DNA from: Candidatus Curtissbacteria bacterium
GTDB taxonomy: Bacteria > Patescibacteriota > Microgenomatia > Curtissbacterales > GWA2-41-24
Direction: 5' to 3'
Length of the DNA: 64,000 nt
Assembly (NCBI GenBank): GCA_024654445.1
Contig: JANLHP010000026.1
Span: 16,733-80,732 of the forward strand
Every line of letters begins with the position of its first letter. Positions within the stretch are counted from its first letter, which is position 1. The translations under genes and the position numbers were made by a program. Under the pieces are notes generated by a model. That model was not told the origin of the DNA, did not search any database, and saw nothing but the letters and a program-made list of their open reading frames with translations. Positions 28,784 to 37,836 of this stretch are shown piece by piece.

Positions 28784-29758
28784 ATGGCACAAAAAAGAGC
28801 ACTGATTACCGGAATTACAGGGCAAGATGGGTCATATCTAGCAGAATTTCTCCTCGAAAAAAATTACAAGATTTTCGGCTTAACAAGAAGAACCTCAACG
28901 CCAAATTACGAAAGAATTAAGCACATAGAGAACGAAATAGAGCTGATTCCAGGGGACCTATTAGACCAGCAGTCCCTAACTTACGCAGTTGATCATTCGA
29001 AGCCTGACGAAGTTTATAACCTGGCAGCTCAAAGCTTTGTCGCAACATCCTGGTCGCAACCGGTATTAACGGGAGAATTCACAGCCTTAGGAACAACGAG
29101 AGTACTCGAAGCGGTAAGACAAGTAAAGCCAGACGCCAAGTTCTATCAGGCGTCATCCTCAGAAATGTTTGGACAGGTAGCAGAGACTCCCCAAACTGAA
29201 AAGACGCCATTTCACCCTAGAAGTCCTTACGGGGTAGCAAAAGTTTATGGACATTGGATAACCATTAATTATAGAGAATCTTACGGACTTTTTACTGTTT
29301 CCGGAATTCTTTTCAATCACGAATCGCCAAGGCGAGGGTTGGAATTCGTTACAAGAAAAATATCACACAGTGTTGCGAAAATTCATCTCGGCCAGCAAGA
29401 CCATATAGAGCTCGGAAACTTGGACGCAAAAAGAGATTGGGGTTTCTCGGGTGATTATGTTGAAGCAATGTGGATGATGTTGCAACAAAAAAATCCTGAA
29501 GATTTTGTAATCGCAACAGGAGAAAACCATTCAGTCAAAGAGTTTGTAGAAGAAGCCTTCGAGGCAATTGGAATTGACGACTGGCAAAAATATGTAAAAG
29601 TTTCGAAGGAATTTTATCGCCCGGCAGAAGTCGATTTTTTAATAGGTAATGCTGCTAAAGCAAAGAAAAAACTGGGTTGGGAACCAAGGGTATCCTTCCC
29701 GGAACTCGTCAAAATGATGGTGGAGTCTGACATTAAACTTTTGCAAAAAAATTCCTAA
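28784..29758 (+). CDS. gmd: GDP-mannose 4,6-dehydratase
   Basis: [39 protein letters not shown]...ASSSEMFG...[27 protein letters not shown] at 28784; the ORF-track start at 28742 is a TTG. Confidence 0.85.
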   Translation: MAQKRALITGITGQDGSYLAEFLLEKNYKIFGLTRRTSTPNYERIKHIENEIELIPGDLLDQQSLTYAVDHSKPDEVYNLAAQSFVATSWSQPVLTGEFTALGTTRVLEAVRQVKPDAKFYQASSSEMFGQVAETPQTEKTPFHPRSPYGVAKVYGHWITINYRESYGLFTVSGILFNHESPRRGLEFVTRKISHSVAKIHLGQQDHIELGNLDAKRDWGFSGDYVEAMWMMLQQKNPEDFVIATGENHSVKEFVEEAFEAIGIDDWQKYVKVSKEFYRPAEVDFLIGNAAKAKKKLGWEPRVSFPELVKMMVESDIKLLQKNS

Positions 29759-30967
29759 ATGAGATTAGTTGTTAATATCCCGACATACAATGAAAGAGAG
29801 AACATTGAAGAGATTATAAAAAGAGTTTTAGAACAATCCAAAAACCTAAAAGATTTAGATCTCCATGTTCTAGTTTCGGACAGCCATTCCCCAGATGGAA
29901 CTGGAGATGTCGTTAAGAAAATCTCAAGATACAACCCTCGAGTTCACTACTTAGATGTTAAAGAAAGGGGCTTAGGAGTTGGTATCGTAAAAGGACACAG
30001 ATACGCAATCAATAAGCTCAAGGCTGATTTACTAGCTCAAATGGACGGCGATTTGTCCCACGACCCATCATCTCTGCCTAAAATGGTGGACTACATTAAA
30101 GAAGGATACGACCTGGTTAATGGGTCCAGGATGACAAAAGGTGGCAAAAACCTTCTAGGGTGGCACAGAAGGCTCTTTACAAAGGGATCTGCTCTTTATT
30201 GTAGGCTAGCTTGGGGAACGTGGAAGCTGACAGAATATACCAACTCTTACAGAGTTTTTACAAAGAAACTGTTTGAAAACATAGATTTTAAAAACGTCCC
30301 CTGGAAATCCAAAACATATATCATCCAGCCGGCTTTTCTCTATGCGGCAATAAGAGCGGGAGCCAAAATAAAAGAAGTACCAATTACTTTTACAGATAGA
30401 AAAAATGGATACTCAAAAGCTAAAATAATACACTACATAATCGATGTTCTATTTTTTGGAATTAAAGTTAGGCTGAAAAGATCCAAAACTTTTGTAAAGT
30501 TTCTTTCGGTAGGAACTCTTACCTACTTTGTAAATGCCATCTCTCTCGGACTCCTAAACAGAGGCCAAATTTACAATTTACCTGTAGTTTCAAAACCTCT
30601 TCTCGATTTTATTCCCCCTTATGATGGCGCCCCGCAATTTTTATTTATAACGATCGACAGGCTGCTCGTCGCATCAATAATCTCCATAGAATTATCAATT
30701 ATTATCAACTTTTTATTCCACGACAATTGGACCTTTAAGCACAGATCTCACAAAGGTCACCAAGTTGTTAGGTTCTTTAAATTTAATATTACCTCCATCG
30801 GAAGCCCCATCATCCAGTTAGTGTCGATACTATTCTTCGCGAGGGCTCTAGGGATGCACGAACAGATAGGTTTAGCAGTCGGCGTAGTAATCGGATTATT
30901 TTTCAACTATTTTATTAATCTTCTGTGGATCTGGAGACCCGAACCCAAAGAAGCAGCTTTACAATAG
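29759..30967 (+). CDS. polyprenol-phosphate sugar synthase (GtrB/Dpm1-like GT2) fused to GtrA-like C-terminal TM domain
   Basis: MRLVVNIPTYNERENI...MDGDLSHDPSSLPK (DxDxxxxP). C-terminal 4-TM segment FVKFLSVGTLTYFVNAISLGLL..., GtrA-like. Confidence 0.7.
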   Translation: MRLVVNIPTYNERENIEEIIKRVLEQSKNLKDLDLHVLVSDSHSPDGTGDVVKKISRYNPRVHYLDVKERGLGVGIVKGHRYAINKLKADLLAQMDGDLSHDPSSLPKMVDYIKEGYDLVNGSRMTKGGKNLLGWHRRLFTKGSALYCRLAWGTWKLTEYTNSYRVFTKKLFENIDFKNVPWKSKTYIIQPAFLYAAIRAGAKIKEVPITFTDRKNGYSKAKIIHYIIDVLFFGIKVRLKRSKTFVKFLSVGTLTYFVNAISLGLLNRGQIYNLPVVSKPLLDFIPPYDGAPQFLFITIDRLLVASIISIELSIIINFLFHDNWTFKHRSHKGHQVVRFFKFNITSIGSPIIQLVSILFFARALGMHEQIGLAVGVVIGLFFNYFINLLWIWRPEPKEAALQ

Positions 30968-30977
30968 ACCAATCTTT

Positions 30978-32510
30978 ATGCCCGCCTTCTTTCATAAAAC
31001 CCTCAACTTGTCTGGGCAAAGGAAAATTCAGCTCGCCATCTTAGCCGTCGTTTTGGTTGCAGCAATCTTTTTGAGATTTTGGCAGATAAGAGAATACGTC
31101 ATATTTTTAGGAGACGAAGGGAGAGATTCAATCGTCCTGAGGAATATGATAATAAACAAAAGGCCCACGTTTCTTGGCCCCACAGCATCTGTTGGCGGTT
31201 TCTATCTTGGCCCTATTTATTATTGGATGGCGGCACCATTTTTACTTTTGTCCGCTTTTGACCCGATCGGCCCCTCGTATCTTGTGGCCACAATCGGTGT
31301 TGCGACGGTCTTACTTCTATATAAATTTGTCAAAGATATAGTAGGTTTTTGGCCTGCAATTATCGCAAGCTCGCTTTATGCAACTGCACCTCTAATAGTT
31401 AGATATTCAAGATCATCCTGGAATCCAAATCCTCTACCGTTTTTTGCCCTACTCATGCTTTATATGATTTATCTTGGAATCAAAAAAAACAGCCTTAAAT
31501 ACTTTCTATTCGCGGGAATGAGCTTTGGAATCGCAATCCAATTGCATTACCTCGCGATTAACTTAATACCAATTGCCGCAATTATTGTGCTTCTTAATCT
31601 AAATTACCGGAAGCTACTGCCAGCACTTTTACTTGGTCTTGCCGGCTCGATTATAACCTTTTCTCCTTTTCTCCTTTTTGAGGTTAAACACAACTTCCCG
31701 AACTTCCGAACTATTTTAGAATTTGTGACCCGCGATGCAACACACGGCTACAAGTCTTATGACTTAATTAGCATCTTTGGCAACTTCGGCAATATATTTT
31801 TAGAGGAAATCTCAAAACTTAAAGGAACAATTATCACTAGAATTGTTTTGTGGGGTCTCGGCCTCGGTGCAATAGCAGGGGTTATAAAGTATTGGAAGGA
31901 CAAAGACAAAAGGCTAGCATTTACACTAAGCGCTATTTGGTTCTTGGGCGGCCTTCTTTTTTTACGATTTTATACCGGGCAGATTTATGATTACTACTTC
32001 GGATTTATGTTCCCCGCGCCCTTTTTGCTTCTCGGAGTGATTATAGGACCTCTGTGGAGGAAAAATCTTGCAAAATTAATTGTCATAGCATTCTCAATAA
32101 TTGCTATCTCTTGGTTTCTTAAGAACGAATTTTACACTTCACCGCCCAATAACATCATTAAACAAACGGAAGAAATCGCAGAAGCCGTAATAGAAAAGTC
32201 GGAAGGGAAACCTTACAATTTTGCACTCATTAGTAGCAGCAATAGCGATCATGCGTACAGATATTTTCTCGAAATAAAAGGCCACAAACCTACAAGCCTT
32301 GAAACTCTTGTAACCGACCAATTACTTATAGTATGCGAATCAAAAGATTGTCATCCGCTTGGCCACTCCCTTTGGGAGATCGCAGCGTTTGGTAGGGGAG
32401 AGATAGTCAGCGAGTGGGAACTTGAAGATTTAGGCATTAAAGTAGTTAAATTAAGACATTGGCCTGGCGCACCATCCCCTGCCGGTAAACCTGCTCAAAA
32501 AGGCGCTTAA
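30978..32510 (+). CDS. GT-C-fold glycosyltransferase (ArnT/PMT, GT39/GT83-like)
   Basis: First-loop acidic motif YVIFLGDEGRDS after TM1, then >10 TM helices. Confidence 0.6.
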   Translation: MPAFFHKTLNLSGQRKIQLAILAVVLVAAIFLRFWQIREYVIFLGDEGRDSIVLRNMIINKRPTFLGPTASVGGFYLGPIYYWMAAPFLLLSAFDPIGPSYLVATIGVATVLLLYKFVKDIVGFWPAIIASSLYATAPLIVRYSRSSWNPNPLPFFALLMLYMIYLGIKKNSLKYFLFAGMSFGIAIQLHYLAINLIPIAAIIVLLNLNYRKLLPALLLGLAGSIITFSPFLLFEVKHNFPNFRTILEFVTRDATHGYKSYDLISIFGNFGNIFLEEISKLKGTIITRIVLWGLGLGAIAGVIKYWKDKDKRLAFTLSAIWFLGGLLFLRFYTGQIYDYYFGFMFPAPFLLLGVIIGPLWRKNLAKLIVIAFSIIAISWFLKNEFYTSPPNNIIKQTEEIAEAVIEKSEGKPYNFALISSSNSDHAYRYFLEIKGHKPTSLETLVTDQLLIVCESKDCHPLGHSLWEIAAFGRGEIVSEWELEDLGIKVVKLRHWPGAPSPAGKPAQKGA

Positions 32511-32597
32511 CTCAAGAAAGCGATTACACACTTCCGAGATGCCAATGACAATAAAGATGATTTTTTCTGCTCGCTCTTGTAAACTTGAAAGACGATA

Positions 32598-32618
32598 CCG
32601 AGGGCTTTCAGCCCTCGG
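32598..32618 (+). terminator. stem-loop (8-bp perfect stem ccgagggc/gccctcgg, 5-nt loop) followed by AAGTTTAT; candidate intrinsic terminator
   Basis: Seen directly in the sequence. A near-identical copy lies in inverted orientation at 60097-60127. Confidence 0.4.
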
Positions 32619-32624
32619 AAGTTT

Positions 32625-33554
32625 ATGAAGCTAAAACACGTAGTCTCCGCGACACAATTTGACACTGATACACTGCGTAAATTGTTTAATACCGCCTCAA
32701 AAATTAAAAACGGTAATTACCCAAAGAAAGCTCTTAATGGAAAAATTATGGCAGCAATTTTCTATGAACCCTCAACAAGAACGAGGCTTTCTTTTGAAGC
32801 CGCAATGCAAAGACTTGGTGGGCAAGTCATTTCTACTGAAAACGCGAGTCAATTTTCATCCGCGTCCAAAGGTGAAACCCTAGAGGATACTGTAAGAATA
32901 ATAAGTTCTTACGCGGACGTCATTGTTCTAAGGCATTTCTCACCGGGGGCTTCAGATATCGCGTCCAAATTTTCATCGGTCCCTGTTATTAACGCCGGGG
33001 ACGGGAACGGAGAACATCCAACGCAAGCATTGCTTGACCTTTTTACAATTTTTGGGAAATTTTCAAAAAATGGATCCTTGCCGCCAAAATTCACAGTTGC
33101 AATGGTAGGAGATTTAACAAATGGTAGAACGATACACTCCCTATCGTACTTGCTTTCGCTTTACCCAAAAGTAAAAATAATTTTTGTTTCGCCAAAAGCA
33201 CTCACAGCGCCAAATAGCTTAACGAGTCACTTAAGAGAGAAAAATATTGATTTCTTAGAAACTGAAGACTTTAAGTATGCCTTAAAAGTTGCTGACGTTG
33301 TTTATCAAACGCGGATACAAAAGGAAAGATTCAAAGGCAAAAAAGATTATAAGAAATATTTCGGCAGTTTTATTCTCGACAATAAAACGATTTCTCTTAT
33401 GAAAAGAAATGCGGCAATAATGCACCCCCTTCCTCGAGTGAATGAAATTAACCCTGAGATAGACGATGACAAGAGATCGATATACTTTGAACAAGCCCAA
33501 AATGGGCTTTATATTCGAATGGCTTTGCTTCTTTTTCTCTTTGACAAAGCCTAA
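32625..33554 (+). CDS. pyrB: aspartate carbamoyltransferase catalytic subunit
   Basis: STRTRLSFEAAMQRLGG...HPLPRVNEI... Confidence 0.8.
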   Translation: MKLKHVVSATQFDTDTLRKLFNTASKIKNGNYPKKALNGKIMAAIFYEPSTRTRLSFEAAMQRLGGQVISTENASQFSSASKGETLEDTVRIISSYADVIVLRHFSPGASDIASKFSSVPVINAGDGNGEHPTQALLDLFTIFGKFSKNGSLPPKFTVAMVGDLTNGRTIHSLSYLLSLYPKVKIIFVSPKALTAPNSLTSHLREKNIDFLETEDFKYALKVADVVYQTRIQKERFKGKKDYKKYFGSFILDNKTISLMKRNAAIMHPLPRVNEINPEIDDDKRSIYFEQAQNGLYIRMALLLFLFDKA

Positions 33555-33576
33555 ATCACAAAGCGATAATGTTTTA

Positions 33577-34332
33577 ATGGCGGACAAGCCCCACCTAACA
33601 GTTATAATTCCAGCCTACAACGAAGAGCCTAACTTCAAGAAGGGGACCATAGACGGCGTTCCTGAGTATTTGGAAAAGCAAAATTATTCTTGGGAAATAC
33701 TAATAGTCGATGATGGTTCCGACGACAATACAGCATCACTTGCCGAAGAATTTGCCAAAAAGCATAACAACATACGAGTTATTAAAAATCCTCATCAAGG
33801 TAAGGCCGAAACAGTTAAAACCGGGGTAGAAAAGGCAGACGGTGAGCTGATTCTTTTTACGGACTTTGACCAAGCGACTCCTATATCTGAAGCAGAAAGA
33901 CTACTTCCATTTTTCCCCGAATACGATATAGTTATCGGCTCAAGACAGTTACCGGGAGCCAAAAGAGAAAAAGAGCCGATATACAGGCACATAATGGGCC
34001 TAGGATTTAATTTAGTAGTCCAAGTAATCGCGATTCGTGGAATTTGGGACACACAAGCAGGGTTTAAATGCTTTAAGGCAGAAGTTGCTAAAGAACTATT
34101 CGGTCATTTGCAAGTGTACGGCCGCGGCAAGAAAGTTAAAGGAGCTCTTGTTACCGCTTTTGACGTGGAGCTTTTATTTATCGCTAAAAAGAAAGGCTAT
34201 AAAATTAAAGAAGTTGCGATCGCTTGGCATCATGTTGCGACAACTCGCGTCAGCCCAATTAAAGATTCTTTAAGAATGTTTCGCGACGTTCTTAAGGTAA
34301 GACTTAATGATATAAAAGGTGTTTACAAATAA
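33577..34332 (+). CDS. polyprenol-phosphate glycosyltransferase (Dpm1/DPG-synthase-like GT2)
   Basis: MADKPHLTVIIPAYNEEPN...LIVDDGSDDNT...TDFDQATP. Start taken at ATG 33577; the ORF-track start at 33466 would overlap the pyrB 3' end by ~90 nt. Confidence 0.7.
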   Translation: MADKPHLTVIIPAYNEEPNFKKGTIDGVPEYLEKQNYSWEILIVDDGSDDNTASLAEEFAKKHNNIRVIKNPHQGKAETVKTGVEKADGELILFTDFDQATPISEAERLLPFFPEYDIVIGSRQLPGAKREKEPIYRHIMGLGFNLVVQVIAIRGIWDTQAGFKCFKAEVAKELFGHLQVYGRGKKVKGALVTAFDVELLFIAKKKGYKIKEVAIAWHHVATTRVSPIKDSLRMFRDVLKVRLNDIKGVYK

Positions 34333-35530
34333 CTTCAAAGGATTAGAAAAAGTCCTTCTCGTTATAAATTTTTTTCTGTATTTGCCTCTAGCAATTTTTT
34401 CCTATTCTTACGTCGATTTAAATCTAACCCTCTCACAAAATCCGCTGGCCCTCAGCATCATTAGCACTTTGCAACAACTGGGATATTTCAACAGACAGTC
34501 AGCAACATTCATTTTTATATTTTCAATAACCACAGTTTTTTGTTTTTTTGCTTACAATCTTTGGCTTTTTAAAAAAGGGAAAATATCCGCAAATTATCTT
34601 AAAGTTGCAACAATAGGTAACACTATTATTCTCATTTTTGCTTACCCTTTTCTTTCATCCGACATTTTCAACTACATGTTTGATGCAAAAATTATTACGC
34701 AGTATCACGCCAATCCTTACACACATAAACCATTAGATTTTCCAAGCGACGAGTGGATAAGATTTATGCGCTGGGTACACAGATACTCTCCCTACGGACC
34801 ATTATGGCTCGTTATGTCGACAATTCCCTCAATCCTAGGATTTGGAAAGTTCATAACAACCCTTTTCGCATTTAAAATCTCAATCGGCATCTTCCATCTA
34901 GTGAACTCTTATCTTATCTACAGAATACTCAAAATAACAAATCCCAAAGCACTTTTACTGGGCACTGCGTTCTATGCAATGAATCCGCTCTTTCTCATAG
35001 AAGGAGTCGCAAACGGCCACAATGATCTTATTTTGGCAACCTTTTTACTTGCATCCATATTTCTTTTTACGAGCAAGAGATATTCTTTGTCACTAATAAC
35101 ACTTCTTGCCGGAGCTTTAGTAAAGTACATACCGATTCTTAATCTACCTTGGCTCATTTGGGCAAAGCTAACAAAACAAAAAAACGTCGAAAAGCTAATT
35201 TTTCTTAACTTGCTTACGATGATTGCGTTCACGATTATATTTTCGACCACTAAAATATCGACCCCCTTTGTCTCTTCTGGCGCAACACAAGTTCAATTCC
35301 AACCATGGTATCTTTTTTGGACAGTACCGTACGTCTCCTTACTTGCAAAAAAAGAGTTGATTTTAGCGGCTTTTATAGTCTGTTATGGCGCGATGCTAAG
35401 GTATTTGCCCTTCCTTTATTATGGTGACTGGTCTCAACCAGGAACAACCACATTTATGAAATTTTCGATTTTAATTCCTTTAATAATTGCCGCAGTAATA
35501 TCTGTTATTCCTCGTTTTTCCAAAAGATGA
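34319..35530 (+). CDS. polytopic membrane protein (GT-C-like/DUF)
   Basis: ~11 TM helices. No soluble domain. Confidence 0.35.
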   Translation: MFTNNFKGLEKVLLVINFFLYLPLAIFSYSYVDLNLTLSQNPLALSIISTLQQLGYFNRQSATFIFIFSITTVFCFFAYNLWLFKKGKISANYLKVATIGNTIILIFAYPFLSSDIFNYMFDAKIITQYHANPYTHKPLDFPSDEWIRFMRWVHRYSPYGPLWLVMSTIPSILGFGKFITTLFAFKISIGIFHLVNSYLIYRILKITNPKALLLGTAFYAMNPLFLIEGVANGHNDLILATFLLASIFLFTSKRYSLSLITLLAGALVKYIPILNLPWLIWAKLTKQKNVEKLIFLNLLTMIAFTIIFSTTKISTPFVSSGATQVQFQPWYLFWTVPYVSLLAKKELILAAFIVCYGAMLRYLPFLYYGDWSQPGTTTFMKFSILIPLIIAAVISVIPRFSKR

Positions 35531-36135
35531 TACACACTGCTTGGCCTGTTGCCTTAGTAATACTTTTAGTTGCAACAGCCTACTCACACTTTTTAATTAA
35601 GAGAAAATCGACAATTTTGTTGAGTTTTTTGCTCCTTGTTATAAGCCCGTACTTTCTGATGCTCATATTTTCAAACCCAACAATCACTGAAGAATTTCCA
35701 ACGATTGTAAAATGTAATCAAGGATCCAACAACTTCTCCTGTCTAGCGTCCACGGAATTTTTATTCTTCAACGCAAATGAGTACTTCCCTAAAAACATCG
35801 GCGATTATGGTCTCTTTCTCCCAAGCTTTATTTTTCTAACTCTCGCTGGGATCTATCGAGTATCTAAAGAAAGAGAGCCTTCTTACTTAGGACTTTTAGT
35901 ATTGCTCGCGCTTTCTATTTTCGTGTCGTACATTCAACCAGAAAACAACCTCTCCAGAAAACTATTATTCGTGCCAATACTTTCAGTCTTAATAACCATC
36001 GGCGCAGACCAAATATTTTTCCCAAAAAAGCGTAATTTAAAATACATAGTGACATCTTTAGGGCTAATTCTCCTCGTCTCATATGAAGCTGCGAGAATGT
36101 ATCAAATTATTATCTATCACAATCCGTTTGCATAA
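35527..36135 (+). CDS. small polytopic membrane protein
   Basis: 4-5 TM helices. ATGA overlap with upstream gene. Confidence 0.3.
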   Translation: MIHTAWPVALVILLVATAYSHFLIKRKSTILLSFLLLVISPYFLMLIFSNPTITEEFPTIVKCNQGSNNFSCLASTEFLFFNANEYFPKNIGDYGLFLPSFIFLTLAGIYRVSKEREPSYLGLLVLLALSIFVSYIQPENNLSRKLLFVPILSVLITIGADQIFFPKKRNLKYIVTSLGLILLVSYEAARMYQIIIYHNPFA

Positions 36136-37836
36136 ATGAATAGAAAACTCATTCTCACACTTATCATTGTTTTCGCTGCTTTCCTGCGCCTTTACGACTT
36201 GCAGCACTTCCCTCCCGGTCTTTATTCGGACGAAGCCGCATATGGATATAACGCCTATTCAATACTAAAAACTGGCCGTGACGAATATGGAAATTTCCTA
36301 CCACTCACCCTCAAAAGCTTCGGCGATTATAAACCTGTTGGGACCGCTTACTTAACCATTCCTTTCGTTGCGATTTTTGGGTTGAATGAAATTGCCGTTC
36401 GCCTGCCTTCTGCTATCTTTGGCACGGTCACTATCGCCTTAGTCTACTTTATTGCTAAAGAAATCAACTCCGAACCAGCTTATGAAAAAACACTTAAATT
36501 TCTTCCAGAAACAGCGAGTCTAATGCTCGCCATATCTCCATGGCATATTCATCTGACAAGAAGCAGCATGCTAGTAGGAATTGAGAGTGCCTTAATCGCC
36601 TCGGGATTTTTATTCTTCATAAAAGGTCTAAAAAATTCAAAATTCCTTTTTGTGTCAGCTGCTTCTTTCGTTGCTGCTATCTATACTTATTATGGTTCCA
36701 GATTAACGGTTTTATTACTTATCCTAAGTCTTGTTCTAATTTTTCATAAAAGACTATCTCAACTTAAAACCGCGGTCGCAAAAAGTATTATTTTTGCCCT
36801 AATTCTTCTTCTGCCAATGGCGCTTTCAATTGTCAGAGACCCCAGTGCACTACTTGGCCGGGTTTCAACAATTAGTATTTTTTTCGATCCGGGTATTAAA
36901 TCTAAGCTTTGGGAAATGCACACCTTAGATGGAGCAAATTTTCCACCGCTCGTTAGCCGTTTCTTTCACAACAAGCCTTACTTTTACTTTACAGATTTCC
37001 AAAGACGTTATCTTCAACACTTTTCTTTTGATTTTTTGGCAGTAAGCGGTGATCCGCATCCTCCATTTAATATTCCAAAAATGGGTCAACTTTATCTTTT
37101 AGAAATTCCTTTTATAGTCGTCGGATTAATTTATTTAATCTCCATGCAATCTAAAATCACTCGCTCTCTGCTCGCCTATTTACTGATTGCTCCTGTTGCG
37201 GCCTCCTTAACTTTTATTACGCCAGCTGCAAACAGATCATTCAATATGGTAGTTCCTCTAACGCTTGCCTCAGCAGCCGGTATCTTGGTAAGTGCCAACT
37301 ATGTGAGTAGGAAAACTAAAATTAAGTCAAAAGCTTTCATCGCAACAATAATTATCCTTTACGTTGCTTCTTTCACTTTTTATTTAAATTCTTATTTTAA
37401 AAAAATCCCTATGGAAATACCTGACTCATGGCACTACGGAAGACGTCAATTAGTGGAAAAAGTAAGCAAACACGAAGACAGCTATGAAAAAGTTCTGTTA
37501 ACGGAAGAGGAAGGACCGACTTACATTTGGCTGCTTTTTTATAAACAATACGAACCTGAGACCTATTGGGAAAGTGCTAAGATAACTCCTCAACCAGACT
37601 ATTTAGGCTGGCTGCACATTCTTTCTTTTGGTAAATATTATTTTGAACCAGATCTTAACTGGGAAGAAAGAGAAAAAGAACCAAAAACACTTTACGTCGC
37701 ATATCGTGACCAACTACCCGACAACTGGGAAGGTCAAGTGCAAGATAAGAATTATAAATTAGTAATCGATGAAAGAATCCTTTACCCTAACGGCAAAACA
37801 GTCTACAAGATTGGGCATTTATCTGAAGCAAAATGA
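36136..37836 (+). CDS. GT-C-fold glycosyltransferase (PMT_2/ArnT-like)
   Basis: LYDLQHFPPGLYSDEAAYGYNAYSILKTGRDEYGNFLPL (DE loop motif typical of PMT/ArnT), multi-TM region, C-terminal soluble domain. Confidence 0.6.
   Translation: MNRKLILTLIIVFAAFLRLYDLQHFPPGLYSDEAAYGYNAYSILKTGRDEYGNFLPLTLKSFGDYKPVGTAYLTIPFVAIFGLNEIAVRLPSAIFGTVTIALVYFIAKEINSEPAYEKTLKFLPETASLMLAISPWHIHLTRSSMLVGIESALIASGFLFFIKGLKNSKFLFVSAASFVAAIYTYYGSRLTVLLLILSLVLIFHKRLSQLKTAVAKSIIFALILLLPMALSIVRDPSALLGRVSTISIFFDPGIKSKLWEMHTLDGANFPPLVSRFFHNKPYFYFTDFQRRYLQHFSFDFLAVSGDPHPPFNIPKMGQLYLLEIPFIVVGLIYLISMQSKITRSLLAYLLIAPVAASLTFITPAANRSFNMVVPLTLASAAGILVSANYVSRKTKIKSKAFIATIIILYVASFTFYLNSYFKKIPMEIPDSWHYGRRQLVEKVSKHEDSYEKVLLTEEEGPTYIWLLFYKQYEPETYWESAKITPQPDYLGWLHILSFGKYYFEPDLNWEEREKEPKTLYVAYRDQLPDNWEGQVQDKNYKLVIDERILYPNGKTVYKIGHLSEAK

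Noticed and set aside
33466-33576. ORF-track start for the GT2 at 33466, overlapping pyrB by ~90 nt
   Set aside because: Conserved GT2 N-terminus begins at MADKPHLTVIIPAYNE (ATG 33577), 22 nt after the pyrB stop. The upstream extension is hydrophobic junk in the pyrB overlap.
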